A stretch of DNA of 63,456 nt, the filler included, from Reclinomonas americana ATCC 50394 (Eukaryota): the NCBI GenBank assembly GCA_048213135.1. It is 6 parts of 2 records of this genome, joined end to end, with 100 filler letters (N's around TTAATTAATTAA, not from the genome) between each part and the next. Parts side by side here need not be neighbours in the genome. Positions count along the whole stretch, not along the records: positions 18,608 to 34,163 come from PS015066.1; positions 34,264 to 41,943 come from PS015066.1; 4 more parts are not named here. The stretch is one strand, 5' to 3'. Below, piece by piece: positions 25,701 through 36,731 of this stretch. Positions within the stretch are counted from its first letter, which is position 1; each line of letters begins with the position of its first letter. The notes beneath the pieces were generated by a model. The model was not told the origin of the DNA, ran no database searches, and saw only the letters and a list, made by a program, of their open reading frames with translations. Made by a program: the position numbers and the translations under genes.

Positions 25701-28700
25701 CAATGAGTGGGAGACATCGGCAAGCAAGAGAAAATGCAAAGGCAACGCACATTGGACCACGTGACAGTGACGGTGTCGCCGCGCTTGGCCGACGTCTGGC
25801 ATACGGCAAGTGAGAAGCACGCACAAACAAAACAGGGACTGAGGGGGGCTGGGCAGACAAAACCTTGTCGACTTCGACGGTCGGTGTGCACTGGCTGCTA
25901 CTGCACTGATCGCAGGCGGCGCCAGTCCATCCAGATTGGCATTGGCACACGGGAGAGCCGGTACCGGCAGCCGCAGCGCACGTGCCGTGCACGCAGACCG
26001 TGGGGCAAGCGTCGCACAGCGATCCGGTCCAACCATTCTGGCACTGGCAAATTGCATTGCCGGTCGCGTCGGCCGCACATGTACCACCGTTCTGGCACTG
26101 GAGAGCACATGTGGCACACGTTGTGCCAGTCCATCCAGATTGGCACTGGCACACGGGAGCGCCGGTGCCGGCAGCCGCAGCGCACGTGCCGTGCACACAG
26201 ACCGTGGGGCAAGCGTCACACAGCGAACCGGTCCAGCCATTCTGGCACTGGCAAACGGCGTTGCCTGTCGCGTCAGCTGCGCATGAACCGCCGTTCTTGC
26301 ACTGGAGCGCACACGTGGCACACGTTGCGCCGGTCCAGCCCGAGTTGCAAGTGCACACAGCGGCTCCACTGCTATTGACGGAGCACGTGCCGTGGTTGCT
26401 GCACGTCATGCCGGCGCACGGGTTCGAGCCGCCCATCGAGATGAGCACCTTCGGGCTGCGCGCAATCAGGGCCGACGGATCGTAGAACTGCGCGGATGAG
26501 AAGGACACAGTGAGTGTGAGAGAAGTGAGGCAACTGACTGACTGGCTGATCATGAGCATCGTACCAGTGAATTCCAACTCTTCCATCCGCGGACCTCCCA
26601 CGAAGTGCCGGGTTGTGCGTCAGCGGGGACAGACACGGTGGCCGAGCCTGAAGCGCCGTTCAGCCACCACCACACACCGTCGACGTCGAGAGGCGTGGAG
26701 TCCACGAGCCAGCCGGCCCAGTCGTCGGCATTGCCGGGGAACTGTTCACGCAACAGGAGAATGTGAGGAGGCGAGAACCACTAAGCAGGAGCGTGTCGTT
26801 ACACGCACATTGCTCCAAGTAACCACAATCGTGTCGCCTTGCACGGCCACAGTCTGTATTGCAGCACAACCAATAGTGAGAAACAATCAAGTGGCCCGGC
26901 ACACACACGGCGCACCTTGTCCACGGTGATGCTCGGTCCAGGTTGATCGCAGATCAAACCAGTCCAGTTGCCCGAGCAAATGCACCCGGTGGAGGTGCTG
27001 TTGCAAGTGGAGAAGTTCTTGCAGCTGCTGCAGGAGTATGCGCACTGCGGTCCAAAGAAGCCAGCGTTGCAGACGCAGTCGCCAGTAGTCTGATTGCACT
27101 TGGCATTTGGGCCGCATGTCTGCGCCGCGTCGTTGCAGAAGACGGCGCAGGTGGGCGTATAGTAGTTCGGCTTGCACTTGTCGCAGAACTGGCCAGCGAA
27201 GTTGTTGATACAGGTGCACACGCCGGCCGAGCAGAAGCCTGTAAGATGGCAATGAGAACGGACAAGCAACAAACTTGCGGGAGTGATGCACGAGACGCAC
27301 CGTGCCCGTTGCAGTTGACGTTGGCGCAGGAGGGGTCAGGCGTGACGTTGGGCACCGACAGCAGGGCGCCGCTCAGCACAAGCGAAAAGTCCTGCGCCGA
27401 GTTCAACTGATACGCCATCACATACACGGTGTATGTGCCGGCGGCGAGCGAATCGAACAGAACGCGCTCTGCATTGTGCCTGCACAACACATAATGTGAG
27501 GAACAGGCTACGCAGAAGAACAGTACGTGTGCGAGTAACGCAACAAGTGATCGCTGTTGCTGCCGCCAAGAATACGAGCGTTGCCGCGCTGCAGCAGCGT
27601 GGTACCCTGGTACACGTACAGATCGAGATCGTTGACCAGCGCCTTGGCGGCACCGGCGCCGGGCGTGGCCGGCTCCTGGTCCGTCCACGCCAGAGTGATG
27701 GCCACGCGGCCAGTCGCAGCCGTGACCGTGAACTGTGCCGTCCACGACTGCCCGACGGTGCTGAGGCTCGCGCTCTCGTGCGCCAACACAAAGGTCCTGC
27801 ATTAGCACCGAGGGCTTTGTCAGGAAAAGCACACATACGCACAAATGTCAGAAGCAGCGGACGCAACTTGGCACCAGATGCGGAGTTCGAGAAGATGGTC
27901 GACAGTTGGGTGCGACCAAAGCCAACCTTGTAAGCGGAGTTCTGCGAGAGGGAGAAGTGGGGAGAGGGGTGAGAAGGGGAAGAGGGAGGAGGGGGAGAGG
28001 GGGGAGAAGGAGGGAGAAGGAGGGAGAAGGAGGGAGAAGGAGGGAGAAGGAGGGAGAAGGAGGGAGAAGGAGGGAGAAGGAGGGAGAAGGAGGGAGAAGG
28101 AGGGAGAAGGGGGAAGGGACGATGAGCGAGAGAGAGGGCGCAGGCGACGGATTGTTACGCGCTATCGGTTGAAGCTCTCCTCGTGTATTTTAAAGGAGAG
28201 GAATACGAGGGGAAAGAAGTCAACGATGAGCGAGAGAGTGCAGAGGATGGATTGTTACGCGCTATCGGTGAAAAAGTTCTCCTCGTGCGTTCAAAGAGGA
28301 GAGAAGGAAGGGAAGTGAAGTCACCGATGAATGAGAGAGTGCAGGCGACTGGTTGTCATGCAGAATTATATGCTCCTCTCTCTACGTGTGTTTTAAAAGA
28401 GATAGAACGACAGAGGAGAGAGCAGCGCGTGACAACCTCTGTCGTTCTCTCTGCGTGCGTGTACACGTACCATCGGTGTGGTGGCATCCACCTCGCCAGT
28501 CAGCGGAACTGCAGCGTTGAAAAGAGTGGCGCGGATGAGCGAGGAGCGCGCCGCCAGACCCTGTCCGCTGCTGTTCAGAGTGCCCGGGTCGTTGGGGTAG
28601 AATCGGCGGTAGTATTCGCGCAGCACGGCAGAAACACCAGCCGCGTTCGGCGTCGCCATGCTCGTACCCGAGAACGCCGCCGTGTGTGCATTGAGATCGT

Positions 28701-31535
28701 TCAGATTGCTGCGAGCGCCCTGCCCGCAAATGTCGTTTGTTGCCAGCGACTTGGAAGAGTAGCTGTCGATATTCAAAGGTTAGTGGGAAGGGAAAGGAAG
28801 GGAAGAAGAGGAAAAGAGACGTAACAGGGGGTTGCCAGGCATCGCAATGTCCACTCCCATACGACCGTCGCTGGCGGGGCCTCGTGAGCTGAACGAGGCG
28901 ATGTTGTTCGATGGACCCGAGTCGAGCGTCACCGAAGCGCCGACACTCAGCACGTTCTTGGCGTGCGCCTGCGTACTGTTGTCGCGATGGTTAAAAAGGA
29001 TGCGCGCTGGACAACCCATGCGATTCGAGCGTGCTCGTGGAATCACCTGAGAGTGCTGGCGCCCGGACCGCTGTTGGAGGCGGCGAAGAGAATCTGGAAG
29101 TCGCGGTGCTGGTTGGCGAAGCGGTCGGTGAGTTGTGCCCACGAATCGTAGGCGCCAACACCACCGCCCCAGGAGTTCGTGCTCAGACGTGCGCCAGCTG
29201 TCAACACAGAATGTCAGGAGAGGGAGAGGGGAGAGGGAGGGGGAGGGGGGAAGGGGGAGAGCATGGCTCACCTCCGTACTTGACATTGTAGTACTGTTAC
29301 GCCGAGAAACACAACAGCGTGAGCATTCAGCAGAGGAGAAGGAGAGGGAGAAAGGGAGGGAGAAGGGAAGAGGAGGGAGGCAGACAGAAAAAGAGACCTT
29401 GACACATAGTCAAGAATTGAACAATGCACAAAGCAGAGCAGAAAAGGAGAGAGAGACAGTGAGATAGGGAACAAAGGACAGGAACCAGGCGGTATGAGGC
29501 ACAGGACATGAAGAGTGGAACATACTGATTTGAAACAAGAAGAGAGCACAAAGCAGAGCAGAATGCAGTGAAGTAGAGAGTAGACGAGCAGAAACACGAG
29601 TCTCGGAATCAAAGAACTGAACGCAGAGCAGAAAGGGGAGAAAGAGAAAGCGGCAGGAAGGCACAATCCCACCCGGCGACAAACCGTCTCCGGATCAGGC
29701 ACGCTCAGGTACTGCGCGCTGCCGGTGCCAATGTCGGCCAGGAAGCTGCGCGCAACAGACGTGTGAGTGAAACGAGACTGCCTTTCTCAGGCTACGCGCG
29801 GGACTGCGACGAAACATCTTGGCCTTCTTCGCCATGCCGTTGTGGGTTGTCTGCGTGCCACCAGCAGCGTCGCCGTTGCCCGCCACACTGCCACTGACGT
29901 GCGTGCCTGAGAAGCGTTTACGCGTCAGCACGACAATAGTCAAGTAAGGGTGCCAGCGGAGACACCCGCTCACCGTGACCGCCAGTGGTGTTCTCGCCCG
30001 AATCCGCAAAGCTCCAGTAGCCAGCGACCTTCCGATGCGCCACCTTGCCGGCGGGCGGAGTCGTAAAGTCGGTCGTGGTGTCGGAGCTGAGCTTGAAGCC
30101 GGCGTTCGGGTTCGAGTCGTAAAAGTAGCAGTGATTGTACTGACGACACACACACTCATCAGCGCACTGACAAAAAACGGGGCATCGCACGCCTGGTACG
30201 CACATCAAGACCCGTATCGCCAACGGCCACAATCTCGCCGTCACCGGTGAGGATGTTGGTGAACGGCTCCGAGCCGGGCACGCCGCTTTGGTAGTTGAAT
30301 CGTGCGCGCGAGTTGAAGATGGTCGGCTGCAGCGGCACGTCAGCAGCTGTAAGGCCACAGTCACAAACAAAGAACACTCACCGGAATGTCGACCTCCACC
30401 CACACCACACGCGGGACCGAGAGCAAGAGCTGCGAGGCCGCGCCAAGACTGGCCGGCTGCACAAAAGCCACAGAGAACGCATCGTGCGACAGCAGCTTGG
30501 TCTCGTGCACGTCGAGTCCGCGGCCGGCGAGGAGCGCCACCACAGACGACACAAAGTCGGTCAGCGATCGCTCCTGCGGCGACAGCATGACGTGCACGTT
30601 GAGCTTGTTGGGCACCGGCGCATCGCTGTCGCTCGACTGCGTGTGGAAACCGCTGCTGCTGCTCGCCACATCGCTCGTCATGCTGTCGACGTTGACGAGG
30701 TTGCGCGAGGCCTTGAAGGCCTCCTGGAACGGCAGCACGTTGATAACGAGGTCGGCCAGGGCCACTTGCACCAAGTCCACTGCCTCGCGCGTGGTGAACA
30801 CGAGGTAGGCGCGAGTGGGCACGAAGCGCACGTCGACCGAGGACGCGTCGCTCATGCCTGTGGCCTGTTGTATGTGCCGGTGAGCGATGAGGAGAAGGAG
30901 CTCGAGGAGGAGAAGGCGTACCTGAGCAATGGTGTTCTGCAGACGACGGCGCACTTCGGGGGAAGTGACACGCATGGCGAAGAGGAATGCGTGGTTGAAG
31001 GCGGAGGTGGAGGAGGCAATGGCAGCAGAGGAGGTGGAAGAAGGCATCACCGTCTGCAGTGCGCTCACAAAGGGACTGCACGAACGCGGGCAAGTGAGAT
31101 GACAGCAGAGAAGCAACAGAAGAGCGTGCAAGTGAGTGCAAGTGAGTGCAAGAGTGAGTGGAAGAGTGTGCAACAGTGCAAGTGCAAGAGTGTGCAAGAG
31201 AGAGAGAGAGAGCAAGATGTGCAGGTGAGTGTGCAACAGTGCGTGTGTGTTTGTACACGCAACGGAGTGTCGGCATCGACTGAGCGCAGTGCCTCTGCAG
31301 CTTGCACCGCAGTGTGCGGGTCAATGCGGAAGCCATTGATCAGGATCTGCTCTCATGCGCAGAGTGAGATGTGAGAAAACAAGACAAGGAAAGGACACTG
31401 CGCAAATGCACTCACCTTTCCGCGATCGGCGTCGTGCGAGTCGAGCTCAGCAGAGGCCAGTGGGAGGAGGAGAGCACAGGAGAGGACAAAGAGACAGAGG
31501 GAAAAGACAGCGACGGCGCGCGCCTGACGCTGCAT
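22786..31535 (-). CDS. Secreted subtilisin-like S8 protease (KP-43/TagB-C type) with C-terminal beta-domain, EGF repeats, two Trp-rich modules, IPT/TIG-like domain and three H-type-lectin-like domains
   Basis: Signal peptide; catalytic motifs VGDTGLD, GHGTHVSGS, AASNSG, AKNVLSVGA, FSSRGPASDGR, FSGTSMATP; then LAWTD..LVNDLDL; many CxCxxGWTGxxC repeats; FASVPRVVVGLNGL...LTWLAV. About 24 introns. Confidence 0.9.
28008..28110. repeat. (AGGGAGAAGG)n 10-mer minisatellite in a protease intron
   Basis: About 10 tandem perfect copies. Confidence 0.9.
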
Positions 31536-32688
31536 GTTGTTGTTTGATTTGTCCGATGAAGAAGGAGAAAGAAACAGAACGCGAGGGAGAGAGTTTGTGT
31601 TGCTCGTGAGTGTGTGCTGAGGAGAGAGACAAGGTGGGGTTGGTTGCCTTGGCTCACAACGAGTGTTGGAAGGTACGGTGAGGGATCCTGACGGCATTAT
31701 GGAGACATGCATCGAAATTGAAGCTGCGTGCGGGTGGCAACCGGCGGGCCCGCGTGGACCAGACTGCAACCGACGCAACTGTGCACGCCCTGCAGGGACC
31801 TAGCAGTGGCCACGCGATTGGGAGGCATTATTAGCTCACACGTGGTGCGGCCAGCACGCGAATGCTGAGGCGTGGTGGTCGAAGAAATGCATGCGCGTGT
31901 GCGGTGTATCGATTTGGAATACGAGCGGTTCGATATCCGGACGGCGGTTGCAGGAACGTTCACAGCGATGTCGTCACAGTGCGGATCACGAAGGAACAAG
32001 AGGTGGAGGGGGAGAGAGGCTCTGACAGGGGCGTGGATGTTGTCGATTTTGAAACCGGACACATTGTTCGAAAACAGGACAAGAAAGGGAGGTGGCCAGA
32101 GAACGCTGGGCGTGCATGCTAGTGCGACGTTTACACTGCTCAGCCATCCCATGAATGTGACGCAGATCGCAAATCTCGCTTTGTTCGAAGCTTCGAACCG
32201 AATTCCGAACATGTATTCATGTCAAGCACACAATGCTCAAGCTCACACAATGCTCTAGCCGCAGCAGCAGTCGCGCCGCAGCCAGCAGGCAACTAAACCC
32301 AAGCGTCGCTTCTTCCTCTGCACCAGCACGATGAATTCAGCGTTGACTTGTTTTTGCGCCACGAAATCCTTGTTTTGCAGTCAATACTGCGCATGCGTTT
32401 GATTTGCTTTGTCTCCTGAAAGGGAAGATGACTATGGAGGAGTGTGTACATATGTCGGTACGATAGTTGCCGTCGGCAAACGGGCGTGGGCATCTGTCAT
32501 ACTACCGAAGCATGGCAAATGGAGTGTTTCGAATCCACAGTGAGAAAACGATGAACAATATTGATTGCTGTCCCGTACAAAGCCCACAGACACTGCGATC
32601 TACTTTCTCTCACAACTCCTGCTCGCCAAAACCTGCAAGCATCACGATCGGGGGGGATTGAGTGCTCAGGCCGCGGCCACTCCTCTCG

Positions 32689-34109
32689 CTAAGACCACTT
32701 CGCGAACTCACCGACATTCCACAGCCGAAGGCTGTGCGAAATGTCGGCCGATACCAGCTTACCGCAGCCGAGAAGCGACAAACAGTGAATGTTCTGCTCG
32801 TGACCAGCCAGCAGCATAGTTGTCTTGCCGGACTGCACGTCCCACACGCGAATGCGGCCCTCTATACGCGTACGCAGAAACACGCAGTATTCAGCGACGG
32901 CAAACACAATTGCAGCACACTGCGCAGAACGCATACAAGTCACCTGTGTCGGCAGATACGACGCGAGATCCACGGTTGGCCGATACTAGGCGCACAACGT
33001 CGTTGGCGTGCCCCAAGAGAGTGCGCAGTTTTGTGTCTCCGCCATCTGCCAATGTCCACTCGCACACTCGGGTGTTTTCTGCAACCCACAGAGTGGAAGC
33101 TCCGGAGAAGCACAGTGCAGGCGAATGATCGGCGGTGGCAAAAAATCGCAGGCATTCACCACTGTGAACAGCAAACAGACTGATACCAGCATTGCTCGGC
33201 GATACGTCGTCGGGCACATCGTGGCTAACGGCCAGCAGCTGGTCGTCGGGCGACAGCGCCATGTCGTACGTCGACGAACTGCCGACACACCGCAGAGGCA
33301 TCAACTCATCGCCGGTGACCCCGTCCAACTGCGAGACTGCGTCTCCGTCTGCCACGGCGACAAACACTCGCTGCTGCTCCTGATCACGTGTTCCGCACAT
33401 TGCACGCAAGAAGCACTTCTTTTCGCGCGTCGCCCAGAGGAGCTGCGGCTGCTCGCCTAGCTCCCACAACTGCAGCGACGAGAAAGTGCGGTGCTTCACA
33501 TCGTTTCGCCTAATACCCACCAGCAGCCGATTCTCGGCGATGAAGAGTAGCCGGCCTACAGCGTGCTCGGCAACAAATGAGCACACAGGACTGCCGTCGG
33601 CTTCGGCCGAGATGACCTCCACGCGACCGCTGTCATGACCGACGGCGATCAAGCTCGAGAATGGCCAGGGCGAGCCAGCAATTGTATCGATTGAGGAGTC
33701 TGCAGAGAAGCTCAATTCTTCCGTGACTGTCGGCGGCAGCTCGAGACTGCGTAATGATCAATGATATATCCAACAACGACATAGATGAGCTCGAGTCTCA
33801 TTGCTCTCTGTCACAACGCAACGTCGAGGTGGCAATCAGCTCCAAGGTTACTTCCTTCTTGATGCCGAGATCCACCAGTGCCTTACTGCGTGCATCTTTG
33901 GCTGCACACCTGGCGGGTTTCTTCACACTCGTGATAACTGAAGTCGGGTCACCGCTATCGTGGCGCAGCTGCACTTGCAGCGCGGTCAGCAAGTCGTCGA
34001 GAGTGGCCGTGTTTGGCAACGCTTCGACCATGCCACAGAAGGACGACGTCACCCCTTGACTGACGGGCAGCTTGGTATAGGCGATGGCACCAACAAGCTG
34101 TATGTGCAT
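32689..34109 (-). CDS. WD40/beta-propeller protein with a small N-terminal domain (possibly ubiquitin-like); ends uncertain
   Basis: LLGHANDVVRL..VVSAD, IRVWDVQSGKTTMLLAGHEQNIHCL..LRLWNV; joined in frame to the upstream exon (TLDDLL...KALVDLGIKKEVTLEL) through intron 33747-33822. Confidence 0.65.
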
Positions 34110-34207
34110 GTGTGTGAGAGGGAGAGAGAGAGAGAGGAGGAGAGAGAGAGGAGGGAGGAGGAGNNNNNNNNNNNNNNNNNNNNNNNNNNNNNNNNNNNNN
34201 NNNNNNN

Positions 34208-34219
34208 TTAATTAATTAA
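34208..34219. other. Artificial scaffold linker TTAATTAATTAA
   Basis: N-flanked linker. Confidence 0.95.
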
Positions 34220-34263
34220 NNNNNNNNNNNNNNNNNNNNNNNNNNNNNNNNNNNNNNNNNNNN

Positions 34264-35010
34264 GTCGTCGATTGAATTCGTAATGACCGACGGTGTGGGC
34301 AGTCTCGTGGTCACGTTAAAGGCACAGTTGTTGAAGGGGAAAATGCCGCCAAGCCGGTCTTCGTCATGCTGGAGAAGATGCAGAAGTCTCTCGGCATCGC
34401 CAAAGGCCCAGCCGGCACGCTCTCGGATGCGACCGAGCATCGACACGTACGACTTTCGATCAGACCCACATGTGCGCGCCACATGCCTCTCAATGAGAGC
34501 GGCCACGCGCTCCAGTAGATTAGAGGCAGACGGAATATCCAGGTCGGGGCCGCCATCTGCCGCCTCATCATTCGGCTTGTAAGCCCGGAGTGCGACCAGA
34601 ATTCGCACACTTTCGAGGAGAGAGAGGCACGAGTCCACTGTTGGGTCGTAATTCGGCCATCGTGCATGCCACTCAAGCAGGCGCTCGAGCAGCCGCGGAT
34701 TGAGCCGAATGCCGGCTGCCAACAGCGCCGATTCAGCCGCCTGTGGATCTTCGGGCAGCGGAGTCTCATTTAACACCTTCAGCACTTTGGTCAATCTACG
34801 CACACACAATGCCGCATCGCACGCGAGAGTGCATTGTCAGCAGTCAACAATGCACGCACACTGCTTTGGTCAACCACACCTCACGACTGGAACGCTGAGA
34901 ATGTGTCGGTCGATAAATGCCTGCTGACCAGCAGTGGAGTTATCCACAGCGAGCTCTTCAATGCTCTTTGCAGTGCGCGCACGAGCGCCGTCACGCGCGG
35001 CAGCAGCCAT
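34264..35010 (-). CDS. Hypothetical protein, 3'-partial
   Basis: MAAAARDG...SVPVVR|LTKVLKVLNETPLPEDP... joined by a GT-AG intron to a long open exon; no family recognised. Confidence 0.5.
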
Positions 35011-35565
35011 TTGACACGCACACGCTCTCAGGTGCGGAGAAACACAAAAGACAATCAGCGCGCGAGTCTGTGTACTGCGTCCCCCAATACTCACATCAAT
35101 ATTCATCGCCTTTGCCCACCTTACAAACTCTGATAGCGTGCAGTATCACTTGTGCCACGTTGAACAATGCTGGCAACTTGCAGCAAGCGATCGTACGTGT
35201 ACGGCGTTGACGCGTACGTGTACGTCAATTCATGGCCATGGCGTCGACGTTGCGCTGCGAGAGATCGCGATCGTTGTCAATCGACTTCGCTGCGTTGCCA
35301 CGCCACAGCGGTATTTCTCTGTGTGTTTGTCTCCTGTTGCTCCTCCGGCTGGTGCTGCTGCTGTTGCTCCTGGTGCAGGTACTCGGTTTCAAGTGGCCAC
35401 TGATTCGAATGCTCCTCGCCGCGCTGTTCGCTCCAATCTGATGGGTGTTGCTCTCGGGCACGCTCTGAAGTTGGGTGTAAGTGTGCTGGTCAGCCTCCGC
35501 TGGTGGTCGGACGGCTGGCTGACGGTGGTGTTGTGTTTCCCTTTGCCTCTCGCTTGTTGCCTGCG

Positions 35566-36319
35566 ATGTCACACTTCTACTCCAAGCGCCACATTGTGAG
35601 CTGGAAGGCCTTGCGGAAGTGTGGTGCCTTTGTCGACTTTCTGCAGAAGGCTGCTGCTGGAACCCATGACGTAGAAGGAGCAGCGCTTCCTGTGCAAGAT
35701 GCGGACCAACTCCGTCATGCTCAACAACAAGGCGGCGGTCTTCAGCGGCATCCCTGGTGGCCCTGCCTCGCTGTGCCCACTCTATGGCAAGGAGTCGGAG
35801 TCGCTTGGTCACTTGCTCAACGGCTGTGAAAAGCTGAAGGGCTTGTGGACGACGCGCCACGACAACGTGCTCGACGTTCCCCAAGCGGCGCGCTGTTGCG
35901 GCGCCCAAGGTGGACGGTGTGGCGTGCCAGCTGGTGCGCGAGCGTGTCGATGCCGACTAGTCGACTTGCTGCCCGCGGTGGTGGACTTTGCCAACCACGC
36001 CAACTTGGCCAGGCTCAAGCCGGACCTCACCCTGGTTCATACCAGAGAGGGGACTGGTGATATCTGCTCGGTCCAGGTGATGGAGCTGACGTGCCCCATC
36101 GCCAACGAAGACTCGGTCAAGTCTGCTGTCAACGGCAAGAAGGCCAAGTACGAGTCGTTGGTCAAGGCCATCAAGCAGAAGGTCGGCGATCAGGCCAAAG
36201 TTGAGCTGGTGGTGCTCCCTGTGACCTCGACTGGCACGGCTCCAGCGTTGGTGTCGACTGGCCTCCGTCGTCTCGGCGTGCGCAACGTCCGACATGTACA
36301 GTGCATCTCTCGCCTTTGA
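35566..36319 (+). mobile_element. Decayed 3' fragment of an RLE-type (R2/R4/NeSL/CRE-like) non-LTR retrotransposon
   Basis: Degenerate CCHC knuckle CPLYGKESESLGHLLNGC, then RHDNV, KPDL...VMELTCP and KKAKY (PD-(D/E)xK restriction-like endonuclease). Intronless, frameshifted upstream, no RT domain visible. Confidence 0.8.
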
Positions 36320-36731
36320 ACGACAAGCTTACGTACGAGTTACTCGATGTTTGTCCAACGGTGCAAGGGTGTGGGTGGTGCACAGGTTCAGGCCGGAGTG
36401 CAGCTTGCTCATGGTGGTGTGGTGTGAGAGAAGTAACAGTTCCCCAATGCTTGCCCCACTGTTCTTCTTGAAATGATCAACATCTTTTGTCATCTTCGTA
36501 GTTACTGCGATGGACGTCTTCTGGTGGTCACTGTTGACGAAGTCTTCTTCCCGGCCTGGTGGCCGTGTGTGCTGAATAGGGCTTTATTCTCAACATCGAT
36601 AACCCACTGGAAACAGGTTTAGTTGTAGAAGGAAAGCACACGAGACTTGTTGGCGATCACTGGTAGATGCTCATTGTTGTGTATGGATCAGTGAAGTTTC
36701 TATTGTACAAGGAAAAACGCGGATGAACAGC

